From an uncultured Verrucomicrobiae bacterium (lineage in GTDB: Bacteria; Verrucomicrobiota; Verrucomicrobiia; Chthoniobacterales; Chthoniobacteraceae), in the NCBI GenBank assembly GCA_963828525.1, contig CAWHEP010000009.1:160001-224000 (forward strand): 64,000 nucleotides of DNA. The letters are read 5' to 3'. Position numbers and translations under genes: made by a program. The notes under the pieces are model-generated. The model was not told the DNA's origin, made no database searches, and saw only the letters and a program-made list of their open reading frames with translations. This document shows, piece after piece, positions 10,211-21,553 of the stretch; the stretch's first letter is position 1, and every line of letters starts with the position of its first letter.

Positions 10211-11764
10211 CTAGGGCGCGCCGCCATCGATCGTCGGGCGCTTCGCCGGCGCCTTCGCCAGCACCCGGTTCACGGCATTAAGATAGGCGCGGGCGCTGGC
10301 CTCAATGACATCGGTGCTCGCTCCTTTTCCTGTCACGAGCATCCCGTCTCCGAAATCACATTTTATCGTCACTTCGCCCAATGCGTCCTTACCCTGAGTG
10401 ACAGCCTGGACGTTATATTCCACAAGATGCCCCTTCTGATCCAGGATGCGATCTATGGCCTTCATCGCCGCGTCCACCGCGCCATTCCCGGGGGATGAGT
10501 CCTGAAGAAAGTCGGCGCCACGCTTCAGGCGAACGGTCGCGGTTGGGATGGTAGTGCTGCCGCTCGCGACATGGATGTAATCGAGGATGTGCGTTTCCTG
10601 AGTCTCAAGGATGGAGTCATCCACCAGCACCGAGAGATCATCATCATAAACAAACTTCTTTTTGTCACCGATCTCCTTAAAGCGTTTGAACACGCTTTCG
10701 AGTTCTCCTTCTTCGAGCTTGTAGCCAAGATGCTCCAGGCGTTTCACCATCGCGTGGCGTCCGCTGTGTTTTGTAAGCGGCAGTTCCGTTTCACCCCACC
10801 CTACCTCCCGGGGGTCCATGATCTCGTATGTCTCCCTTTTTTTGAGGATGCCATCCTGATGGATTCCTGAGCTGTGCGCGAAGGCATTTTCCCCCACGAT
10901 GGCCTTGCTGCGCTGCACCATGAGACCGCTCATGCGCGCGATAAGGCGTGACGACTTCACAATTTCGCGCGTTTGCGCCCCGGTGTGAACATTCGCAAAG
11001 AAGTCGCCCCGTGTCTTAATAGCCATGATGACCTCCTCCAGAGCGGCGTTCCCGGCGCGCTCGCCGATCCCGTTGATGGTCCCTTCAACCTGCCTGGCTC
11101 CCGCGCGCACGGCGGCCAGCGAATTTGCGACTGCCAGCCCCAAGTCGTTGTGGCAGTGAACGCTAATGATCGCCTCATGGATATTGGGGACGTTGTCCAT
11201 CAGAAAACGAATGAGAGACGCGTACTGATCGGGGACGGCGAACCCGACTGTGTCCGGGATGTTCACGGTAGTCGCGCCCGCTTCAATGACCGCCTGGGTC
11301 AATTTCGCCAGGAATTCCGGCTCGGTTCGCGTCGCGTCCATGGGCGAAAACTCGACGTCCTTCACGAGAGCTTTCGCTCGCCGGACACAATCGACCGCCA
11401 TCGGGATGATGTGGGCCTCGGTCTTCTTCAACTGATGCTCGATCTGGATCCTGGACGTTGAGATGAATGTGTGAATGCGGCCACGCTCGCCCGCGGCTTT
11501 CACCGCGGCGCCAGCGGCGTCGATGTCCTTTGGGATGCAACGAGCAAGTCCGCAGATGATCGGCCCCTTGATCTCCTCCGCGATCTTGCTGACCGCCTCA
11601 AAGTCGCCATCGCTCGTGATGGGGAACCCCGCCTCTATGACATCCACCTCGAGCCGCGCAAGCTGCCGCGCGACTTCCATCTTTTCGCGCAGGTTCATGG
11701 AAGCCCCAGGGCACTGCTCGCCATCGCGCAGTGTGGTGTCGAAAATGAGAACTTTGTCGGACAT
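10211..11764 (-). CDS. leuA: 2-isopropylmalate synthase
   Basis: [25 protein letters not shown] and HQDG motifs plus the C-terminal regulatory domain. Confidence 0.97.
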   Translation of the reverse strand: MSDKVLIFDTTLRDGEQCPGASMNLREKMEVARQLARLEVDVIEAGFPITSDGDFEAVSKIAEEIKGPIICGLARCIPKDIDAAGAAVKAAGERGRIHTFISTSRIQIEHQLKKTEAHIIPMAVDCVRRAKALVKDVEFSPMDATRTEPEFLAKLTQAVIEAGATTVNIPDTVGFAVPDQYASLIRFLMDNVPNIHEAIISVHCHNDLGLAVANSLAAVRAGARQVEGTINGIGERAGNAALEEVIMAIKTRGDFFANVHTGAQTREIVKSSRLIARMSGLMVQRSKAIVGENAFAHSSGIHQDGILKKRETYEIMDPREVGWGETELPLTKHSGRHAMVKRLEHLGYKLEEGELESVFKRFKEIGDKKKFVYDDDLSVLVDDSILETQETHILDYIHVASGSTTIPTATVRLKRGADFLQDSSPGNGAVDAAMKAIDRILDQKGHLVEYNVQAVTQGKDALGEVTIKCDFGDGMLVTGKGASTDVIEASARAYLNAVNRVLAKAPAKRPTIDGGAP

Positions 11765-11770
11765 GGATGT

Positions 11771-11819
11771 TTACTCGGTAGGTGGAGGGTTTAAGAGGCT
11801 GTCGCCTCCACCGGAGCAA
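11771..11819 (-). promoter_or_regulatory. RNA hairpin just upstream of the leuA start (putative attenuator element)
   Basis: On the minus strand GGTGGAGG pairs with CCTCCACC (plus-strand 11805-11812 and 11781-11788), extended by TTGCTC/GAGTAA; no U-tract follows. Confidence 0.55.
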
Positions 11820-11833
11820 GACGGCCGAACCAA

Positions 11834-11914
11834 CTAGAGATTGATCAGGAGCACGAGGTCACCCTTGAGGAGAGGCCCCGTCGAGGATTGGCCGCTGGAG
11901 AGTTGTTCGCGCAT
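11834..11914 (-). CDS. Putative leucine leader peptide MREQLSSGQSSTGPLLKGDLVLLINL (26 aa)
   Basis: Manual translation: 7 Leu, 6 of them in the last 12 residues; stop lies about 70 nt before leuA; a promoter sits directly upstream. Confidence 0.7.
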   Translation of the reverse strand: MREQLSSGQSSTGPLLKGDLVLLINL

Positions 11915-11923
11915 GAGGTGAAA

Positions 11924-11952
11924 AGGCTATGCGCTGGAAGCGAGAGATTCAA
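11924..11952 (-). promoter_or_regulatory. Sigma70-type promoter for leader peptide/leuA
   Basis: TTGAAT-N17-TAGCCT, 9 nt before the leader ATG. Confidence 0.55.
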
Positions 11953-12060
11953 CTACTTTTTTGATCCGGAATCGGATACAACGCTTCAAACATCCTCCCT
12001 CGATCTCGCAGCGCGAGGAAAAAGGGAGGCAGGACAGAAGCTCAGCCAAACCCCAAAAAT

Positions 12061-13164
12061 ATGAAAGCAGTCGCCGCATTCCCCGCCAGCCGTGAAGTCA
12101 AAATCATCGACCATCCCGAGCCGATGATCAAAGCGCCGACGGACGTGAAGCTCCGCATCCTGGAGGTGGGCATCTGCGGAACGGACAAGGAAATCTGCCA
12201 CTTCGATTACGGCACGCCGCCCCCCGGGTCCGATTACCTGGTTCTGGGCCACGAGTCGCTGGGAGAAGTAGTGGAAGTGGGAGCGGAGGTCGGGAGCCTG
12301 AAACCTGGCGATCTGGTTGTCACGATGGTGCGGCGCCCTTGCGATGACCCCGCCTGTTTTGCCTGTCAGGCCGGAAGACAAGACTTTTGCTATACAGGCG
12401 GGTTCCGGGAGCGAGGGATAAAGGAGCTGCATGGGTTTATGACGGAGCTGGTGGTGGATGACGTTAGATACATGAACCCGGTGCCTTCAGACCTGCGGGA
12501 TGTGGCGGTTCTTACCGAACCGCTGACGATAGCGGAGAAGGCCATCAGCGAAGTATGGCAGGTGCAACGCCGCCTGCCGTGGGGAGTCCAGCCCGGCGGA
12601 GTCGGATCCTCTTACGCGCATACTGCGGTCGTTCTGGGAGCAGGACCCGTCGGCTTGCTTGGAGCGATGGCCCTGCTAACCGCCGGATTCAAGACGTACG
12701 TGTATTCCCGGGGCTCCAAGACACAGCAGGACTTTGTCTCCTCCATTGGCGCGATCTATGTCGGGGCTGAGAATGCCACCATCCCACAGCTAGCGGAGCA
12801 AGTTGGGAACATCGACCTTGTTTACGAAGCCACGGGTGCCTCGAAGTTCGCGTTCGACACTTTGCAGGTGCTCGGAACGAATGGTGTCTTCATCTTCACA
12901 GGAGTGCCTGGACGCCGAGGTCCTGTGGAGGTCGATACGGACCTGATTATGCGGAATCTGGTCCTAAAGAACCAGGTTATATACGGCTCGGTCAACGCGG
13001 GCAAAGCAGCATACGGAGACGCGATCCAGGATCTCGCCAGGTTTAAGGAGCGGTGGCCGGAGGCAACGCGGAATCTCATCACCGGACGTTACAAGATGGA
13101 GAGCTTCACCGACCTGCTCCTCGGGCAACCCGCTGGCATAAAAAACGTTCTGGCAATCTCGTAA
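12061..13164 (+). CDS. Zn-dependent medium-chain dehydrogenase, glucose 1-dehydrogenase-like
   Basis: GICGTD, LGHES, structural-Zn cysteines, GAGPVG and GSVNA motifs. Confidence 0.85.
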   Translation: MKAVAAFPASREVKIIDHPEPMIKAPTDVKLRILEVGICGTDKEICHFDYGTPPPGSDYLVLGHESLGEVVEVGAEVGSLKPGDLVVTMVRRPCDDPACFACQAGRQDFCYTGGFRERGIKELHGFMTELVVDDVRYMNPVPSDLRDVAVLTEPLTIAEKAISEVWQVQRRLPWGVQPGGVGSSYAHTAVVLGAGPVGLLGAMALLTAGFKTYVYSRGSKTQQDFVSSIGAIYVGAENATIPQLAEQVGNIDLVYEATGASKFAFDTLQVLGTNGVFIFTGVPGRRGPVEVDTDLIMRNLVLKNQVIYGSVNAGKAAYGDAIQDLARFKERWPEATRNLITGRYKMESFTDLLLGQPAGIKNVLAIS

Positions 13165-13178
13165 TCCGGGACTGGCAT

Positions 13179-15838
13179 ATGGTCACGGAAGAACCTGTCG
13201 AGATTTCCCGGCTGCGGGAGGACGCGGAGCGGACTAAAAACTGGAAGCGGTGGGGACCGTACCTTTCCGAACGCCAATGGGGAACAGTGCGGGAAGATTA
13301 TTCCGCAGACGGCAACTGCTGGGCGTCCTTCACGCATGATCAGGCTCGCAGCCGGGCCTACCGATGGGGCGAGGATGGGTTGCTGGGTATTTCGGATCGG
13401 GAATGCAGGCTTTGCTTCTCACTCGCTCTGTGGAACGGCAAGGATCCGATCCTGAAGGAGCGGCTTTTCGGCCTTTCCAATCCTGAAGGGAACCACGGCG
13501 AGGATGTAAAGGAGTGTTACTACTATATTGACTCGACGCCGAGTCATTCCTACTCCAAGGGACTTTATAAATACCCGCAGGCTGCTTTTCCCTACTCGGA
13601 TCTTCTGGATGAGAACCGCAGACGGGGCATCAATGAACGGGAGTATGAACTGCTGGATACGGGTGTCTTTGAAGGCAACCGGTATTTTGACATCTTTGTC
13701 GAGTACGCGAAGGCGGGACCGGACGACATTCTGATCCGGATCACTGCCGCAAATCGCGGTAATGAGGCAGCCATCCTGCACCTACTGCCGACGCTCTGGT
13801 TCCGAAATACCTGGAGTTGGGGCGCCAATGAAGATACTGGCCAAAAACCCCGCATAGAGCTTAACGGGAAGGACGCGCTGCGGGCTGTCCATCATTCGCT
13901 GGGTGAGTTCCAACTCTCGGTGGACACACGCGACGCCGAGTTCCTGTTTACCGAGAATGAAACGAACGTCGAGAAGCTGTATGGCAGCCCGGTGTCTCCC
14001 CGCTATGCAAAGGACGCGTTTCACGAGTACGTAGTTGAGGGGCGACAGGAGGCGGTAAATCCCGGCAAGTTCGGCACCAAGGCCGCGGCGCACTGCCGCT
14101 TCGAAGTAGCGGCTTCTTCATCGGTAACGTTAAACCTCCGGCTTTCCAGCGTTCCGGCGGCTGAACAGAATATTTTCGGCGATTCATTCGACGAGGTCTT
14201 CACGGCGCGCATCCGTGAGGCGGATGATTTCTATGCCAGCAAAATCCCCGCAGGATGCACGCCTGAGCAAAAACAGGTTGTACGCCAGGCCTATGCAGGC
14301 CTGCTGTGGTCGAAACAGTTCTACCATTACGTCGTCAAAGAGTGGCTCGCGGGAGATCCCGGCCAGCCGACTCCACCATTGGGCCATACGCTATCGCGGA
14401 ACACGGACTGGACCCATCTCTTCAACAGCGACATCATCTCGATGCCGGACAAGTGGGAATATCCGTGGTACGCGGCGTGGGATCTTGCCTTCCACATGAT
14501 TCCGTTTTCGCGGATCGATCCGGACTTCGCCAAGTCTCAACTGATCCTCTTCCTGCGGGAGTGGTACATGCACCCGAACGGACAGATACCCGCGTACGAG
14601 TATGGGTTTTCGGATGTGAACCCGCCGGTACATGCCTGGGCTTCCTGGCGCGCTTACAAGATCAGCGCTCCGCAAGGGAGCCGGGACACGCTGTTCCTGG
14701 AAAGAACCTTTCAGAAGCTGCTCATCAACTTTACCTGGTGGGTGAATCGAAAGGATGTGAAGGGCAAACACATCTTCTCAGGCGGCTTCCTCGGCCTGGA
14801 TAATATCGGCATTTTCGACCGGTCGAGGCCGCTGCCTTCCGGGCAATATCTGGAGCAGGCAGATGGCACTGCCTGGATGGCATTCTATTGCGGCACCATG
14901 CTTTCGATGGCGCTGGAACTGGCGCAGACAAACTCCGCGTACGAGGATGTCGCATCCAAGTTTTTTGAACATTTCGTCGAGATCGTGGATGCCATGAATG
15001 CTTTAGGTGGCGAAGGGCTCTGGAACGAGGAAGATGGTTTTTACTATGATCAGATGCTGATCGATGATCAGCACATTCCTCTCAGGATTCGCTCGATTGT
15101 CGGCGTGATTCCGCTGCTCGCGGTCGAGATCCTGGAAGAAGAATTCATTGAGAAACTCCCCGGATTCTCGAAAAGAATGCGTTGGTTCCTTGATAACAGA
15201 AAGGACCTGGCGGCTCACATCTCGTATATGGAGAAGTCCGGCAGCAACTCGCATGGCCACAGGCTTTTGGCGATCCCATCGCGAGAGCGGTTGATCCGGG
15301 TGCTTGGATATGTGCTGGATGAGAATGAATTCTTCTCGCCGTATGGGCTCCGGGCGCTCTCGCGAGTGTATAAGGACAAACCGTACTGCATAAACCTGGC
15401 GGGATCTGAGTACAATGTCCGGTATGAACCCGCGGAGTCGCGCAGCGGACTCTTCGGGGAAACTCCAACTGGCGCGGACCTGTCTGGTTTCCGCTGAACT
15501 ACCTTTTCGTGGAAGCGATGGAACGCTACCACCACTACTACGGGGATACTTTACAGGTGGAATGTCCAACCGGCTCGGGAAATATGATGAACCTCGGGCA
15601 GGTCGCGCGGGAGATCAGCCGCCGCCTGGGTTCCATCTTCCTGCCTGACGCCGAAGGGCGCCGGCCGTGCAATGGCGAAGAGACGCGCTACGCCACGGAT
15701 ACGAACTGGAAAGACCTGGTCCTTTTCAACGAGTATTTCCACGGGGATACGGGACGCGGCCTAGGGGCAAGCCACCAGACTGGATGGACTTCCGTTGTGA
15801 CCCGGTGCCTTGGCATGATGGGTCGCGTATCCGAGTAG
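13179..15838 (+). CDS. MGH1-like/GH63 glycoside hydrolase; apparent -1 indel in the G-run at 15456-15459
   Basis: WGPYLSERQWGTVREDYS, MPDKWEYPW and GLGASHQTGWT motifs. Adding one G restores FGGNSNWRGPVWFPLNY and joins ORFs 13053-15497 and 15509-15838. Confidence 0.88.
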
Positions 15839-15845
15839 GAGCTGC

Positions 15846-17028
15846 TCAGGTTCTCAGGCCCAGGAGTCGTAGCGACTCGATGAATGTGTTCGCGGAAGCG
15901 GTGATCTCGAACCGCTTCTGGAAACACGCGCACGCTTCGTCACGCATGGCCTGTTTTTGACCGGCATCCATATCGCACCAGCGGTGTAAAAGGATCTCGG
16001 TTCCGGCCACATCGTCCGATTCCACGAGTCCGGCGCCATGCATCGATATCTCGCGCCATATATTCACCTTGTTGCTGATTAAAACGGGAACGCAGCAACT
16101 CAAGGCTTCTGCGACTGCTATGCCAAAGTTTTCCTGGTGGGAAGGCAGGACAAATACCTCCGCATTCCGAAAGGCGCCCCACTTCATCTCTCCACGCAGC
16201 ATGCCCGTCCAGACAACCTTGTCGGCAATCCCCAGCGTGTCCGCCAGTTGCTTCAAATGGCGCAGATGGGGATTGGAAGAATCCTCAGGCCCCGCCATGA
16301 CGAGCCGTATGTCGCCGGCAGATGGGTCGTTGGTAGTCCGCAGAAATTTATGAAACGCGGACATCAAGATGTCAGCGCCTTTTTTCTCGTGAAACCGCCC
16401 CAGAAAGAGGAAACAGCGTTTGCCGGCCAGAGCGGGGAACGCGTCGAGAAAAAGCTGGCGCTGCGCTTCCTTGTCGCCCGTGGGCGCCGCGGTGCCATAG
16501 TTCATGACGATCTCGTCGCATTTGTAGAGCCAGAAGGTGCGCCTGGCGAGACGCCTCTCCTCTTCACATGTGAAGAACACGGCAAGGGCATCCCTTAAGA
16601 CGCGGTATTCAGCCCAAGGCCAGTAGAGCCACTTCTTGAGATGCTTCAGGGGGTAATGCCGCTTAAACCATGGATCAAGCATGCCATGCGGAAAGACGCA
16701 GTATGGAGTGGTGCTTTATGTTAAGAATGTCCCAAATGCAGAACCCTCCGTATTTCCAGAGACCATTCACCACAACAACATCGTACTCGCGCCGATGAGC
16801 CTTTACCCACGGCTTGAGTCGGCGCGTATATCCATAGCTCCCAAAGCCCGGCCCAAGCGCGTGAATAGGGATAGGAAAATCCTTTACCCAGGGGGCGGCG
16901 GGGGAATCAACGGTTACGACTTCGACAGAATGGCCCGAGACCCTGTTAACAGCGGAGAGCTGCTTGACGCCCTCGATTGGTCCACCCCCGGTGGGATTAG
17001 CCGAATGGATGACGTGGAGGATTTTCAA
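15846..17028 (-). CDS. GT4-family glycosyltransferase; apparent indel near 16715-16725
   Basis: N-terminal MKILHVIHS..GGGP, then in the other frame PYCVFPHGMLDPW, FLGRFHEKKG and PSHQENFGIAVAEA. Confidence 0.88.
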
Positions 17029-17061
17029 CTAAATGTGCCTATTGGCAAGTAAAACGCAGTG

Positions 17062-17847
17062 TTACACGGCCGCCGAACGTTGTTTCTTTCTTTCGACAAA
17101 GAAGGCCAGCCAGATGCATACCTCATATAGAAGGCACATCGGTATGGCAAGCGATAGGAAGGTAAGCGGATCGGGCGTGGGCGCTATGACCGCGGCAAAC
17201 ACCATGATGATCACTATTGCGTAGGCGCGTGTGCGCTTGAGGAAAGTGGTGGTGAAAACGCCAATATAGACAAGAACAAGGATAGCTACCGGAAGTTCAA
17301 AGGCGAGGCCGAAGGAAAGAGTGATCTGGGTTACAAAAGAAAAGTAATCACGAACAGTCCACCCCGGCGTCCAGCCTTGCTTGAGCGTATCTTTGAAGAA
17401 GAAAGCCAGTGTCTGTGGGAGCACGACATAATAGCAAAACGAAACGCCCGTGAGGAATAGAGTAAAACCTATGGCTATAGCGGGCAGGACATACTTTTTC
17501 TCTTTCGGAGTAAGGGCGGGCAGCACGAACTCCGCCAGAAAGAAAAGCAGCAGCGGGAAGGAGAGCACCAAGCCCGCGTAAAAGGCGAGCTGGAAGGAGA
17601 TCATGATTGAATCCGTGACACCCAGCGTTCGGAGACTTGAGATCGCCCGCGCGTCAATTGCTTGCAGTGGCGCCTGGACTATGTGGACAAGGCGCGTTCG
17701 GAAAGCAAAGCAACTCATCATCGCGGCAACCAGGGTGACGGCCATCTTAAACAAGGTCCATCGCAGATCCTCCAGGTGATCCAGGAATGGCTTTACAGAA
17801 TCGGTTTCCGGATCTTCACGGAACTTGAATAGATACTTCAGAGCCAT
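17062..17847 (-). CDS. tatC: Twin-arginine translocase subunit TatC
   Basis: PFLDHLEDLR, PALTPKEK, FGLAFELP and APTPDP motifs; ATG at 17847. Confidence 0.95.
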   Translation of the reverse strand: MALKYLFKFREDPETDSVKPFLDHLEDLRWTLFKMAVTLVAAMMSCFAFRTRLVHIVQAPLQAIDARAISSLRTLGVTDSIMISFQLAFYAGLVLSFPLLLFFLAEFVLPALTPKEKKYVLPAIAIGFTLFLTGVSFCYYVVLPQTLAFFFKDTLKQGWTPGWTVRDYFSFVTQITLSFGLAFELPVAILVLVYIGVFTTTFLKRTRAYAIVIIMVFAAVIAPTPDPLTFLSLAIPMCLLYEVCIWLAFFVERKKQRSAAV

Positions 17848-18461
17848 TGCAGACCTTGGTCGTCCGTAATTCGCAGCCTCGACACAAGACGCGCGTAAGT
17901 AGCCAGGGTATTCGCATCCTGGATCTCGTTGCTCGCTATCATGCCGCGGAACTCCGCGTGGGAGAAACATCGACACTCGATGATTGCCTCGGCTTCATCC
18001 GGCGAGCTGCCCCGCGGTGACGCGACGACAGGACGAGCCAGGAAAAGGTGGCTGTGCTCGTCCGTGAACCCCGGAGAGGAGAAGAAATGACCAAGCGGGA
18101 TTAACTCCCCTCCGGGCGCGAGTTCCCAGCCTGTCTCCTCCCGGAGCTCCCTGAGCGCTGAGCGCCGAATCGTGTCGTCATCATGCTCTGAGGTCTCATC
18201 GATCTGACCCGCGGGGAATTCCCAAAGCGCGGCGCGGACGGGGACGCGCTCCTGCCGGATCATGATGAACTCTCCGCGAGATGTGAGGGGAGCGACCACC
18301 GTCGCGCCTTTGCGATGGACCACAGTCCATTCGCACCCCTCGGGGCGAGAAGGGGTGCGAACCCGTGAAGAAAAAACCTGGAGGTAAGGATTGCCGAACT
18401 TCTGCTCATGGGAGACGGACTCCCAGCCCTCCCCAGGCTTGATAAAATCGTGAAAACTCAT
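17838..18461 (-). CDS. NUDIX hydrolase, ADP-ribose pyrophosphatase-like
   Basis: EFPAGQID...ALRELREETG Nudix box and SSPGFTDE; ATG at 18461 overlaps the argH stop. Confidence 0.88.
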   Translation of the reverse strand: MSFHDFIKPGEGWESVSHEQKFGNPYLQVFSSRVRTPSRPEGCEWTVVHRKGATVVAPLTSRGEFIMIRQERVPVRAALWEFPAGQIDETSEHDDDTIRRSALRELREETGWELAPGGELIPLGHFFSSPGFTDEHSHLFLARPVVASPRGSSPDEAEAIIECRCFSHAEFRGMIASNEIQDANTLATYARLVSRLRITDDQGLQWL

Positions 18462-19835
18462 TTTAGAACCATCCGCCATCGCTCAAGTTGCCAAATAACA
18501 TTGTCGAAGGAAGGTGAACCCACGGACGTTCGCGCCGAGATGGAAACATTTACATCAAGAATGGCAAAAAGATCCGGTTCGAACACCGGTGAAAGCGCTT
18601 TGTAAGCATCCAGCGGCAGTTCACGGAGAGTAACCCCCCTCTCGTTACAGAGCGCGACGGCCCTTCCAACAACCTGATGAGCCGAGCGAAAGGGAACTCC
18701 GCGCACAACGAGATAGTCCGCGAGATCCGTCGCCAATAGATTCGCGTCCCCGGCCAGCTCCGCCACGCGTTCTTTATTGACAGTCACCTGGACCAGCATC
18801 GCGGCAAAATCGACAGCGACCGCTTCACGGTGTCCACGGAGTCAAAGACAGGCTGCTTGTCCTCCTGCATGTCGCGATTGTATGTCATCGGCAGCCCCTT
18901 CATCGTCGTCAGCAGCGACAACAGATTGCCATACAACCTGCCCGTCTTGCCGCGCGTTAGCTCCGCCACGTCCGGGTTCTTTTTCTGAGGCATCAGGCTC
19001 GACCCTGTGGTGTAGGCGTCTCCAATTGTAATAAATCCAAATTCGCTCGATGCCCAAAGCACAAGATCCTCGCTGAGACGCGAAAGGTGCATCCCTATGA
19101 GAGCGCAGGCCGCGAGAAATTCGCATGCGAAATCGCGGTCGCTCACGGCATCCATGCTATTCTGGCTGATGCCTGCAAATCCGAGCCGGGCTGCAATGGC
19201 TGCGCGATCCAGATTGATGGTTGACCCGGCAATCGCCCCGGAACCGAGGGGCATGACGTCGGCGCGTTTCCAAGCGTCCTCGAGCCTTGCAAAATCCCTT
19301 TCCAACATCTCCACGTAAGCAAGGAGATGATGCGCGAAGAGCACGGGCTGAGCGCGTTGAAGGTGAGTGTATCCCGGGATAATAATGGTCTGATTGCGAG
19401 CGGCCAGATCGACAAACGCCCGCTGGAGAGTCCCGCGAGACAATTTTGGATCGACCGAATTTCGGCGCGGAGGTAGAGCCTTAGATCCAGCGCCACTTGG
19501 TCGTTACGGCTGCGCGCCGTATGAAGCTTCGCCCCAGCCTCGCCGACGCGCAGAGTGAGAGCCGCCTCGATATTCATGTGAATATCTTCAAGATTTGGGT
19601 TGAACTGAAACGCGCCGGTTTCGATATCCCGGCTGATATCGCGAAGGCCTTGCTCAATAAGCGCACACTCGTCCGCAGTGATGAGCCGCGCGTCGGCCAG
19701 GGCCTGCGCGTGCGCGATCGATCCCTCGATATCGTACGGATACAAACGCCAGTCGAACGAGATTGACTCGCTGAACTGCTTCAACTGCTCGGCCGTGTCC
19801 TCGCTAAACCGTCCGTGCCACATCGCTAGGAACAT
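18458..19835 (-). CDS. argH: Argininosuccinate lyase; two apparent indels (about 19428 and 18806-18809)
   Basis: Three frames carry [51 protein letters not shown], and [15 protein letters not shown]. Confidence 0.93.
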
Positions 19836-19859
19836 CGAGCCCCGCCGCGGGAGGCGGGA

Positions 19860-20327
19860 TCAATTGCATTTGTCGCGGTTCTTGCAGGCGCCACGATTCT
19901 TTAGCTGGTCGCATGTCGCCTCGATGCGGATGGTCTTCGTTGCCGCTGAGAAACCAAGCCGGGCGCTGATTTTGTCTTCGAGCCGCTCAATCCCCTCATC
20001 CTCAAACTCCACGATCTTGTCGCAGTCCACGCAGATAAGGTGATTATGATGCGGATGGTCGATAAAGTTCGGGTCGTAGAACTTGAACTCTTTTCCGAAA
20101 TCCATCTCCTTCAGCAGACCGCTTTCCACCAGCAGCGGCAGAGTTCGGTACACCGTGGCGCGGGAAACAGATTCCTCGATCTTCTTGGCAAAGCGCAGGA
20201 GGTCTTCCGCGGTGTAATGTTCAGTGGTGCTGAAGGCGGCCTCTATGATGGCATCGCGTTGCGCTGTTTTCCGCAAACCCTTCTTCTCAAGGAAGTCATA
20301 GATTTGCTTACGCACAACGGTGTCCAT
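19860..20327 (-). CDS. Fur-family transcriptional regulator
   Basis: SRATVYRTL and HHNHLICVDC..IVEF motifs. Confidence 0.92.
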   Translation of the reverse strand: MDTVVRKQIYDFLEKKGLRKTAQRDAIIEAAFSTTEHYTAEDLLRFAKKIEESVSRATVYRTLPLLVESGLLKEMDFGKEFKFYDPNFIDHPHHNHLICVDCDKIVEFEDEGIERLEDKISARLGFSAATKTIRIEATCDQLKNRGACKNRDKCN

Positions 20328-20336
20328 CGGTAACCG

Positions 20337-20364
20337 ACTATAGGATTTGCGGGGTTAGAGTCAA
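20337..20364 (-). promoter_or_regulatory. Sigma70-type promoter of the fur-argH unit
   Basis: TTGACT-N16-TATAGT, 9 nt before the ATG. Confidence 0.6.
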
Positions 20365-20425
20365 CCAGCGGGGAAATGCCGCTTGTACGTTGACTTCATC
20401 CGCGCGCAGCCTTTGACTCACGGCG

Positions 20426-21553
20426 GTGGTTGAGCTGCTCCTCTATCGGTATCTTTTCGATACCTTTGCGTTCGTGATGGGCGCGGTTGTGGGGTCATTC
20501 CTGAATGTGTGCATCTACCGGCTGCCGCTGAACCTCTCGGTAAACGAGCCAAAGCGCTCTTTCTGCCCGCATTGCAAGAAGCAGATTCCGTGGAATGAGA
20601 ACTTGCCGCTGATCTCGTGGCTCGCGTTGCGGGGGCGGTGTTCTCAATGCGCAAAGGGTATTCCCTTCCGCTATTTTGGGGTGGAATTGCTGACGGCCGT
20701 CTTATTCTTGGGGATCTGGCTGAAGTTCCAATCGTCACCGGCGTGGTTCCTGACGTTCCCCTATTGGATTCTCGCCAGCCTGCTGATTGTCGCGACGTTC
20801 ATCGACTTCGAACACTTCATCATACCGGACGAGATTACCTGGGGCGGAACTGGCGCGGGTATCCTGTTAAGCTTGGCTCTTCCCGCGTTGATGGAGCAGG
20901 ATTCTTTCCTGGGCGGGCTGCTGTGGTCTGTGATCGGCGCGGCGAGTGGCTACGGCATCCTTTGGCTGGTGGTGGAACTCGGCAAAAAGGCGTTTGGGAA
21001 GAAGCGTCTCTCATTCGACAAGGAGGAGGAATTCGCATGGACGCGCGATGGAGAGGACGCGGAATTAGCCGTCGGTTCAGAGAAGATGGTCTGGAGCGAT
21101 CTCTTTTCGCGAGAGACAGACCGGCTCGAGATGGAATGCTCCCAGGTAAAGATCGGGGACGAAGCCCGCGATGATCGGAAGCTTGTGTTTTTTTACAACC
21201 GGGTTGTCTCCAGCGCCGGAGAGTTCGCGCTCGAGAAGCTGGAGCGGATAACGGGGCGAGTGACCGAGATCATCATCCCGCGGGAAGCGATGGGGTTTGG
21301 CGATGTGAAATTCATCGCCTCGATAGGGGCATTCCTCGGCTGGAAAGCCGTTCTTTTCACCATCGTAAGCGGTTCGGTAGCTGGAGCCTTGGTGGGGATG
21401 GGCGCCATCCTCGCCAGGCGGCGGGAGTGGTCTGCCAAAATTCCGTTTGGCCCCTACCTGGCTTTTGGGGCGCTGGCCTGGCTGTTCGCCGGGCCCGAGA
21501 TCCTCCTCTGGTACCTTCGGCTGGTCACGCCGCCGGAGATGCGAGCGCTGTGA
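20426..21553 (+). CDS. pilD: Prepilin peptidase/N-methyltransferase with an internal soluble insertion
   Basis: GSFLNVCIYRLP, two CxxC, IDFEHFIIPD, MGFGDVK and IPFGPYLA motifs. Confidence 0.93.
   Translation: MVELLLYRYLFDTFAFVMGAVVGSFLNVCIYRLPLNLSVNEPKRSFCPHCKKQIPWNENLPLISWLALRGRCSQCAKGIPFRYFGVELLTAVLFLGIWLKFQSSPAWFLTFPYWILASLLIVATFIDFEHFIIPDEITWGGTGAGILLSLALPALMEQDSFLGGLLWSVIGAASGYGILWLVVELGKKAFGKKRLSFDKEEEFAWTRDGEDAELAVGSEKMVWSDLFSRETDRLEMECSQVKIGDEARDDRKLVFFYNRVVSSAGEFALEKLERITGRVTEIIIPREAMGFGDVKFIASIGAFLGWKAVLFTIVSGSVAGALVGMGAILARRREWSAKIPFGPYLAFGALAWLFAGPEILLWYLRLVTPPEMRAL

Noticed and set aside
10203..10214. 12-bp palindrome CTAGCCGGCTAG
   Set aside because: Largely produced by two convergent TAG stop codons; no U-tract, so not called a terminator.
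18458..19835. argH as a pseudogene or programmed frameshift
   Set aside because: All catalytic motifs are intact, the indels sit in short runs, no slippery heptamer was seen, and similar indels occur across the window.
20390..20418. TTGACT-N17-TTGACT before pilD as a promoter or operator
   Set aside because: The -10 position lacks the conserved A; too weak to call.
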